Assembly (NCBI GenBank): GCA_964016885.1
Contig: OZ024742.1
Span: forward strand, 269,142,001-269,206,000
Direction: 5' to 3'
Length of the DNA stretch: 64,000 bases
Source of the DNA: Eledone cirrhosa
Lineage: Eukaryota
Shown here piece by piece: positions 13,545 to 26,696 of the stretch. The translations under genes and the position numbers were made by a program. Positions within the stretch are counted from its first letter, which is position 1, and the number at the start of each line of letters is the position of its first letter. Under the pieces are notes generated by a model. It worked only from the letters and a program-made list of their open reading frames with translations, was not told the origin of the DNA and ran no database searches.

Positions 13545-14460
13545 AGTGTAGATTTACTCAATTTGATATTGTTGATTTTTACCCCTCTATTACTGTTTCC
13601 TTATTAACTAATGCCTTAGAGTTTGCAAGACCCTTCATTAATATTTCTAAATTAGAAGACATGGTAATTTCTCATATCACCGACGGCCATAACCTTGATA
13701 AATTCCGTAAAGATTTAATCAATACTTTTGCTAATCTTAACCTTAAAATTACTATAGATACGAACCTTACCAATGCTAACTTTCTTGACATTAATCTGGA
13801 TCTACTTACCGCCTCTTTTAAACCTTATCATAAACCTAATGAAAATCTTAGATATATACACAAAGAGTTTTGCCATCCCCCTATAGTTTTTAAAAATCTT
13901 ATTCCCAACATTAGCCGTAGGATTTCTACCTTATCTTCGTCTCTAGACATTTTTAATAAAGTCGCCCCTTATTATAATAAAGCCCTTAATAACAGCTGTT
14001 TTACAGAACAAATTTATTATATACATACTCCCCCCCCCCTTAAAACTAACCACAATAATAGGAAAAGGAAAATTATTTGGTTTACACCCTCCTTCTCTCT
14101 AACTGTCAACACTAATGTAGGAAGGAAATTCCTTGACATCTTAGATAAACATTTTCCTCCTAATCATAGATATTATAAGATATTTAATAGAAATGTAGTT
14201 AAGATCAGTTACTCTTGTTGCCCATCAATGAGGTCTAATATCACTAATTCAAATCGTACGAGAACAAATCCAGGATGCAGTTGCAGGAAGCCGGATGAAT
14301 GCCCATTACAGGGCAAATGTAACACCAAATCCGTTGTTTATGAGGCCAGAGTGACACCTTTAATCAACAACCAGCCAGCCAGGAGTGAGCGATATGTTGG
14401 CATGACCCAGGACAGGTTTAAAACCAGGTTTTATGCACATGTCGCTTCTTTTAAGCATTC
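13545..14460 (+). pseudogene. Internally deleted Naiad-type PLE ORF (RT remnants, CxCx5C, GIY-YIG N-half)
   Basis: FDIVDFYPSIT; NFLDINLDL..YHKPN..HPP; IIWFTP; GCSCRKPDECPLQGKC; VVYEA..YVGMT..FKTRFYAH. The central RT motifs containing the catalytic DD are missing. Confidence 0.85.
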
Positions 14461-14689
14461 CATATGTGTATGTATTTATGTGTGTATATATATATTTAAT
14501 GTGTGTGTACGGGCGTGTTTATATTTGTGCGTGTATATGTATTTTTTATAAAATGGTTTTGTGTGTATATATATAATAGTGTCAGAAACGGCTTGAGCTC
14601 TGCCGTGGTGTCAGACTTTTTCCTATGTGTGTGTATTTCTGTGGTTGTGGTTTTGTGTGTGTGTGTGTATGTATATATATATGTATATA

Positions 14690-14756
<67 letters not shown>

Positions 14757-14929
14757 GTGTGTATGTATATGCATAATTACATACAGTGATTTAATGGTAA
14801 CTTTCATTGATCTTTTGCTCCAGCAATTGTTGAGTGCTCTAAATCTGGTATAAACATTTATACCCATTTCTAAATATCTATTTTTTTTTTATCATTTGTC
14901 GTATTCCTAACTTTTTATTTTCATTTTCA

Positions 14930-15110
14930 TTTTTATTTTTATTTTTATTTTTATTTTTATTTTTATTTTTATTTTTATTTTTATTTTTATTTTTATTTTT
15001 ATTTTTATTTTTATTTTTATTTTTATTTTTATTTTTATTTTTATTTTTATTTTTATTTTTATTTTTATTTTTATTTTTATTTTTATTTTTATTTTTATTT
15101 TTATTTTTAT
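14930..15110. repeat. (TTTTTA)n hexanucleotide repeat
   Basis: About 30 perfect units read directly. Confidence 0.95.
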
Positions 15111-15180
15111 ATATTCAATATTTAGTTTTTTTTTATATATATATACTATTTATGTTCTTTCTCATATATATATATAATTA

Positions 15181-15212
<32 letters not shown>

Positions 15213-15254
15213 CATACGTATGTGTATGTATATGTGTGTGTAGGTATATATATA

Positions 15255-15335
<81 letters not shown>

Positions 15336-15346
15336 GTATATATGTG

Positions 15347-15384
<38 letters not shown>

Positions 15385-15507
15385 AAACAAGGTTCATATG
15401 AATTATCTAAGAATGAGTTTTACACACATATATATGTGTGTATTTGTATTTGTATGTATGTGCTTGTCATATGTATGGATATGTATGTGTATGTATGGAT
15501 ATATATG

Positions 15508-15583
<76 letters not shown>

Positions 15584-15683
15584 AAGTAATTCCATCGGAA
15601 AAGTCCAGGAAAAAAGAGTGCTCTATGTAGGCAACAGAGCTTAATTATTATTATTATGTAATAAACAACATAAGGCAATTATT

Positions 15684-15739
15684 CCATTTACCAGTGGTTT
15701 CTTAAAAGCAAAAGGTTTTGCTTTCAATCCTCAGAACGG
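15684..15739 (-). ncRNA. Canonical type I hammerhead ribozyme
   Basis: ccgtt-CTGAGGA-ttgaaagcaaaa-cc-ttttgcttttaa-GAAAC-cactg-GTA-aatgg. Confidence 0.85.
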
Positions 15740-17015
15740 AAAAATCCTGGTTTGTTTATTGAATTTGGATTAGAAAAACAAAAATGCAATCTATATGAAA
15801 GTAAGGCCGGAGAAGGGAGAAGGAAAGGAAAAATAAAATAAAATAAAACTACGCATGCAAACACACACACAAAAAAACCCAAAAGCGTACTTACACACAC
15901 ATACATATATACATATATATATGTACGCATACATATATACATATACACATATACACATATATATAAAACGTACACTTACATACACAAACACAAATATACA
16001 CACATATACACATACATACATTAATATATATACACACACACACACACACGCGCGCGCGCATATCCACACACATATATATGTACATATATATATATATATA
16101 TATACATATATATACATATACACACATACACATACACACACATAAACATGTGTGTGTACAAGCATACACATACACAGACATAGCCATACACACACACATA
16201 TATATACACATACATACATTCACTCAAACATACAAAACGTACATACATACACATACATGAATGCACTCCTCTACATATTCACACACGCAAATAAATATAA
16301 GAAAAAAAATATATATATATATATTTTAAAAATTTTTGACACCGATACATGACCCAGCTAACAGGGCAGACACGCGTGGTAAGTAATACACACAAAAGCA
16401 CGTATACATACGTACGAAATAGTAAACACATACACACACTCTCATACATAAATATACATAAACAAATACAAAAACACATACATACACAAACACGCACACG
16501 TATATATATATGTGTGTGTATATATGTATATGTGTGTGTGTGTATGTATATGTGTATGCGTATGTATGTGGTTATGTATTTGTATATGTATGTGTATGTG
16601 TGAGATTGTGTGTATGTATTTATTTTTAGGTATGTATGTGTACATGCATTTGTGTGTATTGCTTACCACGTGTGTTTGTACATTTATGTGTTGCCTGTAT
16701 CGCTGTCAACACTATAATAATCTTTATATTCATTTTTTTTATTATTATATATTTTTTCTTATATTTATTTGTGTGTGTGAGTATATAGGTGTGTGTATAT
16801 ATTTCTATATTTGTGCATGCGTATGTATGCGTGTATATATGTGTGTATGTATGTGTATGTATGTACGTGTGTATATACGTATGATTGTGTGTATGTATGT
16901 GTACGTATATATGTATGTATGTGTATGTGTATGTATATATATATATATATGTATGTGTATATATATGTATGGGTGTGTATGTATGTATGTGTGTGTATGT
17001 ATGTATATATCTGTT

Positions 17016-17048
<33 letters not shown>

Positions 17049-17053
<5 letters not shown>

Positions 17054-17230
17054 AACCAGTAAGACCCCGACAGCTGAGCTCAAGCCGTTTCGACGGCTAA
17101 TTAGCCGTCGAAACGGCTTGAGCTCAGCTGTCGGGGTCTTACTGGTTCCTATTACCCACTCTACTACCTCAAGTATTGAGTACTTTGGTGCGTTATGGTC
17201 CACCTGGTTCCTTACCACATTTCCTTCGTT
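17049..17230 (+). mobile_element. Short PLE 3' end with a perfect 104-bp spacerless palindrome (17049-17152)
   Basis: 52-bp arms meet at GCTAA|TTAGC. The right arm continues ~78 bp to TTCCTTCGTT-(TA)n. Same family as ~14585, 26499 and 32821-34040. Confidence 0.85.
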
Positions 17231-17598
17231 ATATATATATATATATATATATATAAATATATATATATATGCATGTATATATGTGTGTGTGTGTGTATGC
17301 ACGTTTGTGTATTTGTATGTATGTGTATGTATGGATATGTTGATATTTATGTGTGTATGTATGTGTATAGATATGTGTATGTATATATATACACATATAT
17401 ATGTGTGTGTGTGTGCATGTGTGTGTATGTATGTGTGTGTGTGTATATATATGTGTATGTATATAATTATGTGTGTGTGTGTGTGTTTGCATGTGTGTTT
17501 TTATTTTTCATTTCCTTCTTCCTTTTCCAGCCTCACTTTCATATAGATTATATTTTTGTTTTTAAAATCCAACGCCAATAAATACACCAGGATTTTTT

Positions 17599-17653
17599 CA
17601 TTCTGATGATTGAAAGCTATTTTTTTTTGCTTTTAAGAAACCACTGGTAAATG
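17599..17653 (+). ncRNA. Canonical type I hammerhead ribozyme
   Basis: catt-CTGATGA-ttgaaagc...gcttttaa-GAAAC-cactg-GTA-aatg. Confidence 0.85.
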
Positions 17654-17752
17654 AAATAATTGCCTTATGTTTTTTATTACATAACTATATATATATATAT
17701 ATAAATTCAACTATCTCTACACAATCAGTTTGTTTGCATGTATGTATATATG

Positions 17753-17902
<150 letters not shown>

Positions 17903-17989
17903 AAATATGTGTGTGTGTGTATATATTTTTATACATTATCACTCATATGTATATACCTTATATTATACATGGATATACTAACTATGTAA

Positions 17990-19025
17990 AAACTATCTAG
18001 TTATAATAAACTAAATTTAAAAAATGTGTTTAACCTCTTCCACACAACTTTAAAAGTTAGCAATTATATAACCAAGAATATTTTATATTTTATATACTCT
18101 ATATAGATTAATTTATAACACTACCACGATATTATAAAAACCCTTAGTTTATCAACAACATTACTTATCTCCTTTTGTTATTAACATCCTTTACAACTTC
18201 CTGTGTAAACTTGCAAAATTAAGCAACCCAACGGTTTACCAACTGCTTAATAACGGTTAATACAAACCCTAGAAAAGATAATTTGCAGATAAAAAATGCA
18301 TAAGATAATATACCTACAATAACAACGTGGCCAGTAATTCGGAGGAATTTACACTTAACAAACAAACACCGATTGAATTGACTATAAACGACTTAAAATA
18401 ATCCCATGGTTATTAGCTGTGATTAAAAAACAACACATGCACATAAATACGAACTACAACACAGAAACACTTAAATGAAAATCACATACCCAACTCTATC
18501 TAGTGCTTTGCATTACACCTTACATAAAAAATCCTAAATTATCACCACATACCTCTCTAACAAATTGCACACTATCTTAAACATTTATAATAAATATAAC
18601 ATGCTTTAACACACCACAACAAATATGTTTATTTCAACTGCATTATAACTCTTTCCTCATACATGCATTATTGACTGTATTGACTCGTGCATTGTACACC
18701 AATCGTCCTTGCTTATAACTTCTTTGCCTCCGTTTTTTTGCTCGTGCTTTTTCTTTTGCTTATACCTATTACACATCCAACATGTGCTGTCTGTAATTGT
18801 GTGATTTCAAGCGGAACATCTTTGTAATTCCTGACCCTCCACATGATGCCTTTGACACTAATAACAATTATGTACCCTAAATGTTCTAAATGACTAGGAT
18901 TCTAGTTTTAGTTTTCGACATTCCTTAAGCTCCGATGATTCCAGACTTCCCTCTGGAAGAAACAGTTGTCAGCTAATAAATGTTCTAAACTAAAATTTTA
19001 TCGTTTTAACTGTTAACACTTTGTG
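17990..19025 (+). mobile_element. Degraded PLE 3' part / pLTR
   Basis: A/C-rich body ending in an HHR (18928-18974), AATAAA, then (TA)n. Confidence 0.55.
18928..18974 (+). ncRNA. Compact type I hammerhead with CCGATGA core
   Basis: agct-CCGATGA-ttccaga-cttccc-tctggaa-GAAAC-agtt-GTC-agct, followed by AATAAA. Confidence 0.75.
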
Positions 19026-19038
19026 TGTATATATATAA

Positions 19039-19472
<434 letters not shown>

Positions 19473-19610
19473 ATATAATATGAATGTATATATAGTATAT
19501 TTTAAAATACAATGTATGCTTAATTAAAATCATTTTGAAGACCTTACGCTATTGTTTTAAAGTAGTGACTATGTCACTTACTTCTTTTTTCAGCAAACAA
19601 AGGGAAATAA

Positions 19611-19652
19611 GCTGACATATCTCTGTTTCGTACTGTTGGTACTCCTCAGAGT
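19611..19652 (-). ncRNA. Type I hammerhead motif in a pLTR remnant (19480-19795)
   Basis: ct-CTGAGGA-gtac-caaca-gtac-GAAAC-agagatat-GTC-ag. Confidence 0.65.
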
Positions 19653-20030
19653 TTAGCACTCCCTTTGCCTGCTGAACATTATGAATGTTGGATCCTTATA
19701 GAATTCCAGTAATAATCAGGAACTGATTATACAGAGCCGTTGCCGGTCCAACAAAAATTAAAAATTAGAATTGGTGCGCGGAAATAGCGATATATCTTTC
19801 TCCGGCGTGTTCGTATAGTACTGAACCGTTTTTTTTAAAATTCCCCTCAGTGTTTGTCTATTCTTTCTCCTATGCTTCGAGCTGTCTCACCTATGTATGT
19901 CGTTGTCATGATTCTGCAAGTACCCTCAACTTGAGGATGGCCGCATGAGGTAGAAGCTGCTAAATGGTCGATCGTCCTCTTGTCTCTGATTTTCAGCCCC
20001 ATGAATGTTATATTCCTTTGTTATATTTGA

Positions 20031-20088
20031 ATACCTGATGATGTCAGCGGATTCATACTGAACCCGGTCATTGAAATAATCATAGTAT
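20031..20088 (+). ncRNA. Degenerate type I hammerhead motif
   Basis: atac-CTGATGA...GAAAT-aatc-ATA-gtat then AATAAA; stem II imperfect. Confidence 0.5.
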
Positions 20089-20283
20089 AATAAAGCTTTC
20101 AAGGATTTACACCAGTTCAGTCTCCTGTTATTTTATAATAATTAACTCCGTACTCGCACCACTAACTACACAAACGAAGGCGGGTGAGTTGCATTACGTT
20201 GAGTGCTCACCATAATATTACATCGAGGTTGACCTTACGGAATGACCAGTTCTATCCAGTGGTGAACCAATAAACCTAAATAA

Positions 20284-20354
<71 letters not shown>

Positions 20355-20359
<5 letters not shown>

Positions 20360-20915
20360 GACGTAAAATAAGAAAATTTTTAAAATTAAAAATTAACTTA
20401 CTAAAATTTTCACTCCAACTAATTAGTTTCTGTAATGGGATAAATATAGTTATACAATATAACTATCGAGAATTCATTACGTCATTCGGCAGTCTATTCT
20501 CAGCTAAGTTCCAAGGCAAAGCGCGGACACTAGAAACCCATATAAAAATAATAATTCAGTGGATGTAATAAGCTAGCGAGGACTAAATTTCACTGCCTCT
20601 GGTCAATGGCAGATTCTAAAGAATGAATCACGTGACACTGAGGTTAGTCAGTTAGGAGTGAGGTGGTACTATGACAAGAGCCTACTACTACTACAATGAA
20701 TTAGCAGTAGATTTGGAAAGTTTGCTCAACAAATAATTTGGAGATAAATATAGAGAATTAGTACATCAACCAACATATGCGTACAGATGTACACTAATGC
20801 TAGCAAATATATAAGTTATGTCAAAGTACCTAGGTGGTTCTATGCAGGGTGATGCAGAACAATTATATGAAAGACATAAAATAAGAAAATTTTAAAAATT
20901 AAAAATTAACTTACT
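20355..20915 (-). mobile_element. One ~512-bp unit plus a 48-bp direct terminal repeat, with a degenerate HHR-like motif
   Basis: TGAAAGAC(G/A)TAAAATAAGAAAATTTT..AACTTACT at ~20355 and ~20867. - strand CCGAATGA-cgtaatg...cattaca-GAAAC-taatta-GTT. Confidence 0.45.
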
Positions 20916-21169
20916 TACTAATATATGTTTTGCAAGGGTTTTGTTACGCAATCGTTTGTCGAAACAAATATTGGTAGTCTTGGGGAGCGTCATATTGTTG
21001 TAATGATATTGCCAGAAATAATAACAGAACACACTCACTGTTTGGTTGGTTTTTGCTTCTGTATCTTTCATACATCCATAGTTAATTCATTTGGAAATCA
21101 ACGTTTATCATTGATTGATCATTGATTGATCAACGGTTAAAAATACAAATATAAATATATATATATAGT

Positions 21170-21815
21170 CTATCAAAGTTCCCTTCGTTGCGCATCTGCA
21201 ACATCATCAGTGGTACTATTATTATCTTTCCTACTATTGTATTGTATTGTATTATATTGGAATGTCTACGCCATTTTTATTTTATTTATTCATGTATTCT
21301 TGTCTCCGTTTCTGCGCATGCATTTGCGTGTGTGTATACTGTTTGGTGTGTCTGTTCGCGTTTGAGTGTAGGTGTTTCAGTTTTTGTATCTATCTTTGTT
21401 TACATATGTGTTTGATGTTATTGTACTTGTGTATATATTTATTTATTTATTTATGTATTTATATTTCCTGTAAGTCAGTATTGTTTGTTTGGGAATGTAC
21501 TTTTTGTTATTCCATTAGTTATTTCTGTTTAACTTTAGATTTTTAAGCTCTATTTCACTTGCTTCTCTGATTTGCCCACCAGTTGAGTCATTTCTACATT
21601 TAGATATTATTTTCATTTCTACGTTGTCTATATTACCGCCATGTCTTTGTATGGCGTGTTCGTATAGTACTGAACCGTTCTTTTTTAATCCTTCCGAGTG
21701 TTTCTACTATTCTTTCTCCTATGCTTCGAGTTGTCTCACCTATATATGTCATTGTTATAATGCTGCAAGTACCCTCGGTACATCTTATGCTATAGATTAC
21801 ATTTCTACTTTTATA
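21170..21815 (-). pseudogene. PLE GIY-YIG endonuclease remnant plus 3' UTR (Neptune-like)
   Basis: Manual translation of the - strand: RNVIYSIRCTEGTC..YIGETTRSIGER..SVLYEHA..QIREA.EI..LN. Related fragments at 19800-19925 and 31-100. Confidence 0.7.
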
Positions 21816-22169
21816 TTTACATCTGTATTTTTAACCGTTGGTCAATCAATGATAAACGTCTATTGCCAACTAAATTAACTATGAGTTATAAAAGCTACAG
21901 AAGCGAAAACCAACCAAACAGTGAGTGTGTTCTGATATTATTTCTGGCAATATTATTGCAACAACATGTCCCTCCCTATGTGTGTGATTATATATATATA
22001 TATATATATTTCGTTTCTGAATTTGTTTAGCAAGATTCTTTGGCTGAAATCGTGTGTTGAAACCGATATTGTTATACTTTGGGAGGGTTATGTTGCCAAT
22101 AAGAAACACACGCACCAGTTGCTTTCACTTCAATTTATTATAATAAATTTATAATAAATTTATAAATTT

Positions 22170-22920
22170 ATAAATTTCTGGTTGGTTGGTTGGTTCCACA
22201 ACCAGATAGTTGTTTATATATTGTCATAGTTCTTTCGTCACACACTCTGTGACCTCTTCAGTGACTGGGGATTCCTTTATTTGTTTCTGTGCCTCTCCTT
22301 TGTTCTGTCCTATGCCATTTTCTTTCTGTGTGTGCGTTGTGTGCTCAGTCTGCGCATGCGCCACATCCGGGTGTCTGTGTGTGTTTATGTTCATTTATTT
22401 ATTTGTTTATTTACATGTTACTGGTTGGTTGTTTGTTCTATGTGTGTGTGTGTTTTCATTTTGTCCTTAATTGTAAGTTGTGTTGTTGCTGTTCCACTCA
22501 TATTTTCTATTTAATTTTGGTTGTAATTATTTTATGTTTATTGCCTCTGTGATTTGTCTAAACATTGCGTCTTTTCTTTGTGTAGATTCAATTTTATTTC
22601 TATGTTCTCTAATTTACCCTTGTGTTCTATTTTAGCATGTTGGTAGAGTACAGATGATTCTTTACTATCTTGAAGGTCTCGCTAGTGTTCATTTATCCGT
22701 TCCCCTACACTACGAGCTGTCTCACCTATGTACACTACATTTTTGTCTACATTGTCCTTCAGTACATCTTATGCTATACACTACATTTCTAGTTTTACAG
22801 TTAATATGGGGGCTTATTTTACAGGTTATACATTTCTTATCTATACATGAGGGTCTTTGAAAAGGGTATGTCTTGCTAATAAGTGTTTTTACGGAGGTAT
22901 AAACATAAACTCATTAATAT
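22170..22920 (-). pseudogene. PLE Zn-knuckle and GIY-YIG remnant plus 3' UTR (Neptune-like)
   Basis: CIDKKCITC..CKTRNVVYSIRC..YIGETARSVGERINEH..SVLYQHA..RQITEAINI..PKLNRKYEW, with stops and frameshifts. Confidence 0.75.
22223..22265 (-). ncRNA. Minimal hammerhead motif (GAAAG..CTA variant)
   Basis: gtca-CTGAAGA-g-gtcaca-gagtg-tgtgac-GAAAG-aa-CTA-tgac. Confidence 0.55.
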
Positions 22921-22921
22921 C

Positions 22922-23006
<85 letters not shown>

Positions 23007-23009
23007 ATA

Positions 23010-23450
23010 TATATATGCATATATATAAGTATGTATGTATGGGTACATACATATACACGTATATATATATACATGCACGTATCGGTTTACCGAAAACTTA
23101 TGATAATGCTTGGTTTGATTGTTTGTAAACAAACAACCAGCCCGAATTAGGCCGTACCGTGTTTAGGCATCCACGTCACCTTTTTGTTCAACACTGACAC
23201 GTTCCTGTGTCAGTGTTGAACAATGTGACGTGGTTGTCTAAACACTGTACGGCGTAATTCGGGCTGTTTGTTTGTTTACAAACAAACCGATACGTGCATG
23301 TATATATGTGTGCATGTATGTATATATATACATACTACTGTACGTCTGTATACATATATATATGTACCTATACATGCATACATACTTACATTTAAGTAAG
23401 TGCCGTACTAAGTGTGAGAAATGAAATTTCGTTTCATTCTATTCTCTCTC

Positions 23451-23499
<49 letters not shown>

Positions 23500-23622
23500 A
23501 TGAAACGAAATTTCATTTCTCTCTCTTAGTACGGCTGATACTTAAATGTAAGTATGTATATATACGTACATACATATATGTATACAGACGTACAGTAGTA
23601 TGTATATATATATACATACATG

Positions 23623-23625
<3 letters not shown>
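23010..23625. repeat. Double fold-back of one repeat family (centres ~23203 and ~23470)
   Basis: TTGTTCAACACTGACAC-gttcct-GTGTCAGTGTTGAACAA hairpin with ~180-bp arms; 23320-23445 inverted at 23495-23625; further direct copy at 25030-25240. Confidence 0.75.
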
Positions 23626-23709
<84 letters not shown>

Positions 23710-23712
<3 letters not shown>

Positions 23713-24745
23713 ATGTACAAACAACAATACAATATAATTACCTCATTACCAAAGGTTTCCCGAATAAGACGAATACAAGAAACGTCTGCATTCGTTTGTC
23801 AGACAAGGCAATTTCAAACATAATGAAATATTTGAAAAAATATCCTCAAGAAAGGCTAAAAGTTTAACGGGCCAAAAAAATAAAAGTAATAATACAAGAA
23901 ATGTATAAAAAATGGAATTAAAGAAATAGATTAAGGGGATGTGTGTAAATGTGTGTATATGCACATACATATGTACATATGTACATGAGTCTGTATGTAC
24001 AACTGTATGTGTATAGTGAAAAAATGTGTGCGTAAGTACATACATGAGGGCAAACATATTAGTGTACGTGTGACCACAAAAACCTATATATGCATGTTGA
24101 AAATAGAAATTCTAAGTTAATGGAGTTAGCGTACATACAGACTCGGGGACTAAGGGCTCAAATATATACACATACAGGGATGAAAGGACGCACGCGTATA
24201 AACGTACACACACGCGCAACCACATACATGTATGAGATATATACAGGGAAGGGAGTGTATACAGTCAACGCAGTGTCAGACGGAAGGTCGATACAAATAT
24301 AAAATATGATGAATAAATGAAAAAAATATATGTTAAGAATAAAAAATTAAGGCAAAGAGAAAGTAAGTGGTAGGGCATGTAATATATAAAGTAACACTAG
24401 AAAAATAAATAAAAAGTAGAAAACATGCATATACGCGAACAAGCTCATACACACATACATATATATAAATGTATATATACAGACAAAAACACGTACACAA
24501 AAGCATACATACACATACACGCATACATACATACATACATATACACGCATACATATACACATATATATATACATACATGCACATCTATTCACACGCATGC
24601 ACGCGTCCTTTCATCCTTGTATGTGTATATATTTGAGCCCTTAGTCCCTAAGTCTGTATGTACGCTAACTCCTTTAACTTAGAATTTCTATTTTCAACAT
24701 ATATATATAGATGTTTTTTGTGGTCACACGTACACTAATATGTTT
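23710..24745 (-). mobile_element. Fold-back PLE pLTR remnant
   Basis: 24051-24200 inverted at ~24598-24745. - strand degenerate HHR ccttgt-CTGACAA...GAAAC-ctttg-GTA-atgagg at ~23740-23808. Confidence 0.6.
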
Positions 24746-25010
24746 GTTAGCTATTGTCAGCAACGTATATCTTCCTGCCAGATAATTGAACGTCCGAAAG
24801 TATATACTTTCCTTATGCATATTAACGGCTGAGTAGCCCAGTTTGCATATCGCGTGGGCCAATCGGACGGATGCCCCGAAAACGTTTTTGGTGCACTCGG
24901 CCGATTAACCCACTCGATATGCAAATTGGGATACTCAGCCGTTAATATGCATAAGGAAAGTATATACTTTCGGACGTTCAACTATATACGTTGATGACGA
25001 TAGCTAACAA
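24744..25010. mobile_element. Near-perfect ~265-bp palindrome, MITE-like or fold-back insertion
   Basis: TTGAACGTCCGAAAGTATATACTTTCCTTATGCATATTAACGGCTGAGTA and its reverse complement; centre ~24881. Confidence 0.6.
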
Positions 25011-25254
25011 GCTTGAAACTAGTACAGCGTTCCTTTGTCAGTGTTGAACAAACGAGCAACGATGGTTGCTAGACACTATGGCTTAATACAGGATGTTTGT
25101 TTACAAACACACCGAGCATTATAATAAATGTTTGGTGAATCCATACGTGCATATATATATGTGTGCATGTATGTATATATATACATACTACTGTACGTCT
25201 GTATACATATATGTATGTACGTATACATACTTATATATATATATATATATTATG

Positions 25255-25835
25255 TCAGGTCACCAGTTGGTAACTGGTAACATGTATCCCAGTACAACCT
25301 GTCCCATGGTCGGGTCGTTGGCGACTAAACTGGCAACCCCACCAAGGTTTCTTGGTGAGGAGGGTGACTTTGGACATCCTGCAGGACTAAAAACAAAACC
25401 TGTCAAAGGGCAAAGGAGCTCTTAAGAGTCAATGGCCATCCAAAATCACCGGGAGAGATGACCCCTTAGCCTTTGTCAAGGCAGAATTCTAGAAGGAAAA
25501 CTCTGATATCACACCTGCAACCCTGATGATATCCAATGATGTTGACTTGTTCTTCTTTTTGGTAAATATCATCTTGGTTAAGAGAGTGGGACTGGCTTTG
25601 TGCAGTGCCTTTGCTCACTATAAAAACTTCACGGCACAGGCATTGCTTTATATCTGGAGATCTCTCTGCACTTGTCGTCACATGGTACCATGGGCCCAGC
25701 ACTATGTGTCAATAATTGTCACATGTGTAGTGTTTGTACCAAAGTTTTCAAGTCGCTGGCCGGACTGAAAAGTCACACTCGTTCAGCGCATCGGTAGGGG
25801 TCCTCCTACATGGATATAAAGTAGTGGCCGTACTC
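25255..25835 (+). mobile_element. Probable internally deleted RTE-type LINE (5' UTR joined to ORF C-terminus)
   Basis: GC-richer 5' part with CTAAACTGGCAACCCC; 3' part translates to a terminal C2H2-like motif C..CTKVFKSLAGLKSHTRSAH. Confidence 0.4.
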
Positions 25836-26445
25836 GAAAACGAGTTGGCAGCCACCATATATATATATATATATATATACATGTGTGTGTGTGACTCATG
25901 TATCCAGACAGCATATTTGTATATATAGTCGTGGTTATATATTGTAGTTGCGTGCTTTTGAAGGCAGTGTGTTTTAAGAATGAACACTTCCAAAATGATG
26001 TTCATCTACGAAAAGTGATCTAACACAGAAAAGAATGTGGAAGAAACATAACTACCAGAATACTTCCAGAACCCAATGACGCAGTAAAACTCCGATTTGG
26101 GGAAATCATCTTATTTGGAAGCATAAATTACTTTAAACAATCAGTATGAAATGAACACTAAAAACACTTGAACATATGCCTGGCCTGTAATGTATATGCC
26201 AAACAAGAATATTGTAAATAAATCATAGTTAACCAGCAACAAAGAATCTAATCTGCATCAAGGTGTCCCTTCACCCCAATTTCAATAATTTCAATTATTC
26301 TGAATTTAATACCGTTTTAAATTATTCTTTTCTTGTCTAATTGGATTTTTTGTTTCTATGCAGATTTAGAGTTCACATTCCTTGTCGTACGTCAATCCTT
26401 TGCTCTCATCATTACTTCCAACTCGCTTGCTTGAAGACCATTATA

Positions 26446-26498
<53 letters not shown>

Positions 26499-26501
<3 letters not shown>

Positions 26502-26615
26502 TCGAAACGGGTTGAGCTCTGCCGTCAGGGTCATACCTTTTCCTATTACCCTCTCTACTACCCCAAGTACTCTGGTGCGTTATGGTCAATCTGGTTCCTT
26601 ACCACAATTCCTTCG

Positions 26616-26618
<3 letters not shown>
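26499..26618 (+). mobile_element. PLE 3'-end fragment within (TA)n
   Basis: CGTCGAAACGGGTTGAGCTCTGCCGTC...TTCCTTCGTT; same family as 17101-17230. Confidence 0.8.

Positions 26619-26691
<73 letters not shown>

Positions 26692-26696
<5 letters not shown>

Larger units (their letters stand above)
15581..17685. mobile_element. ~2.1-kb fold-back PLE 3' region, centred near 16505, with an HHR in each arm
   Basis: 15655-15870 inverted at ~17480-17685; 16270-16450 inverted at ~16590-16800. The left arm has a ~75-bp extra tail. A second element is nested at 17049-17230. Confidence 0.75.
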
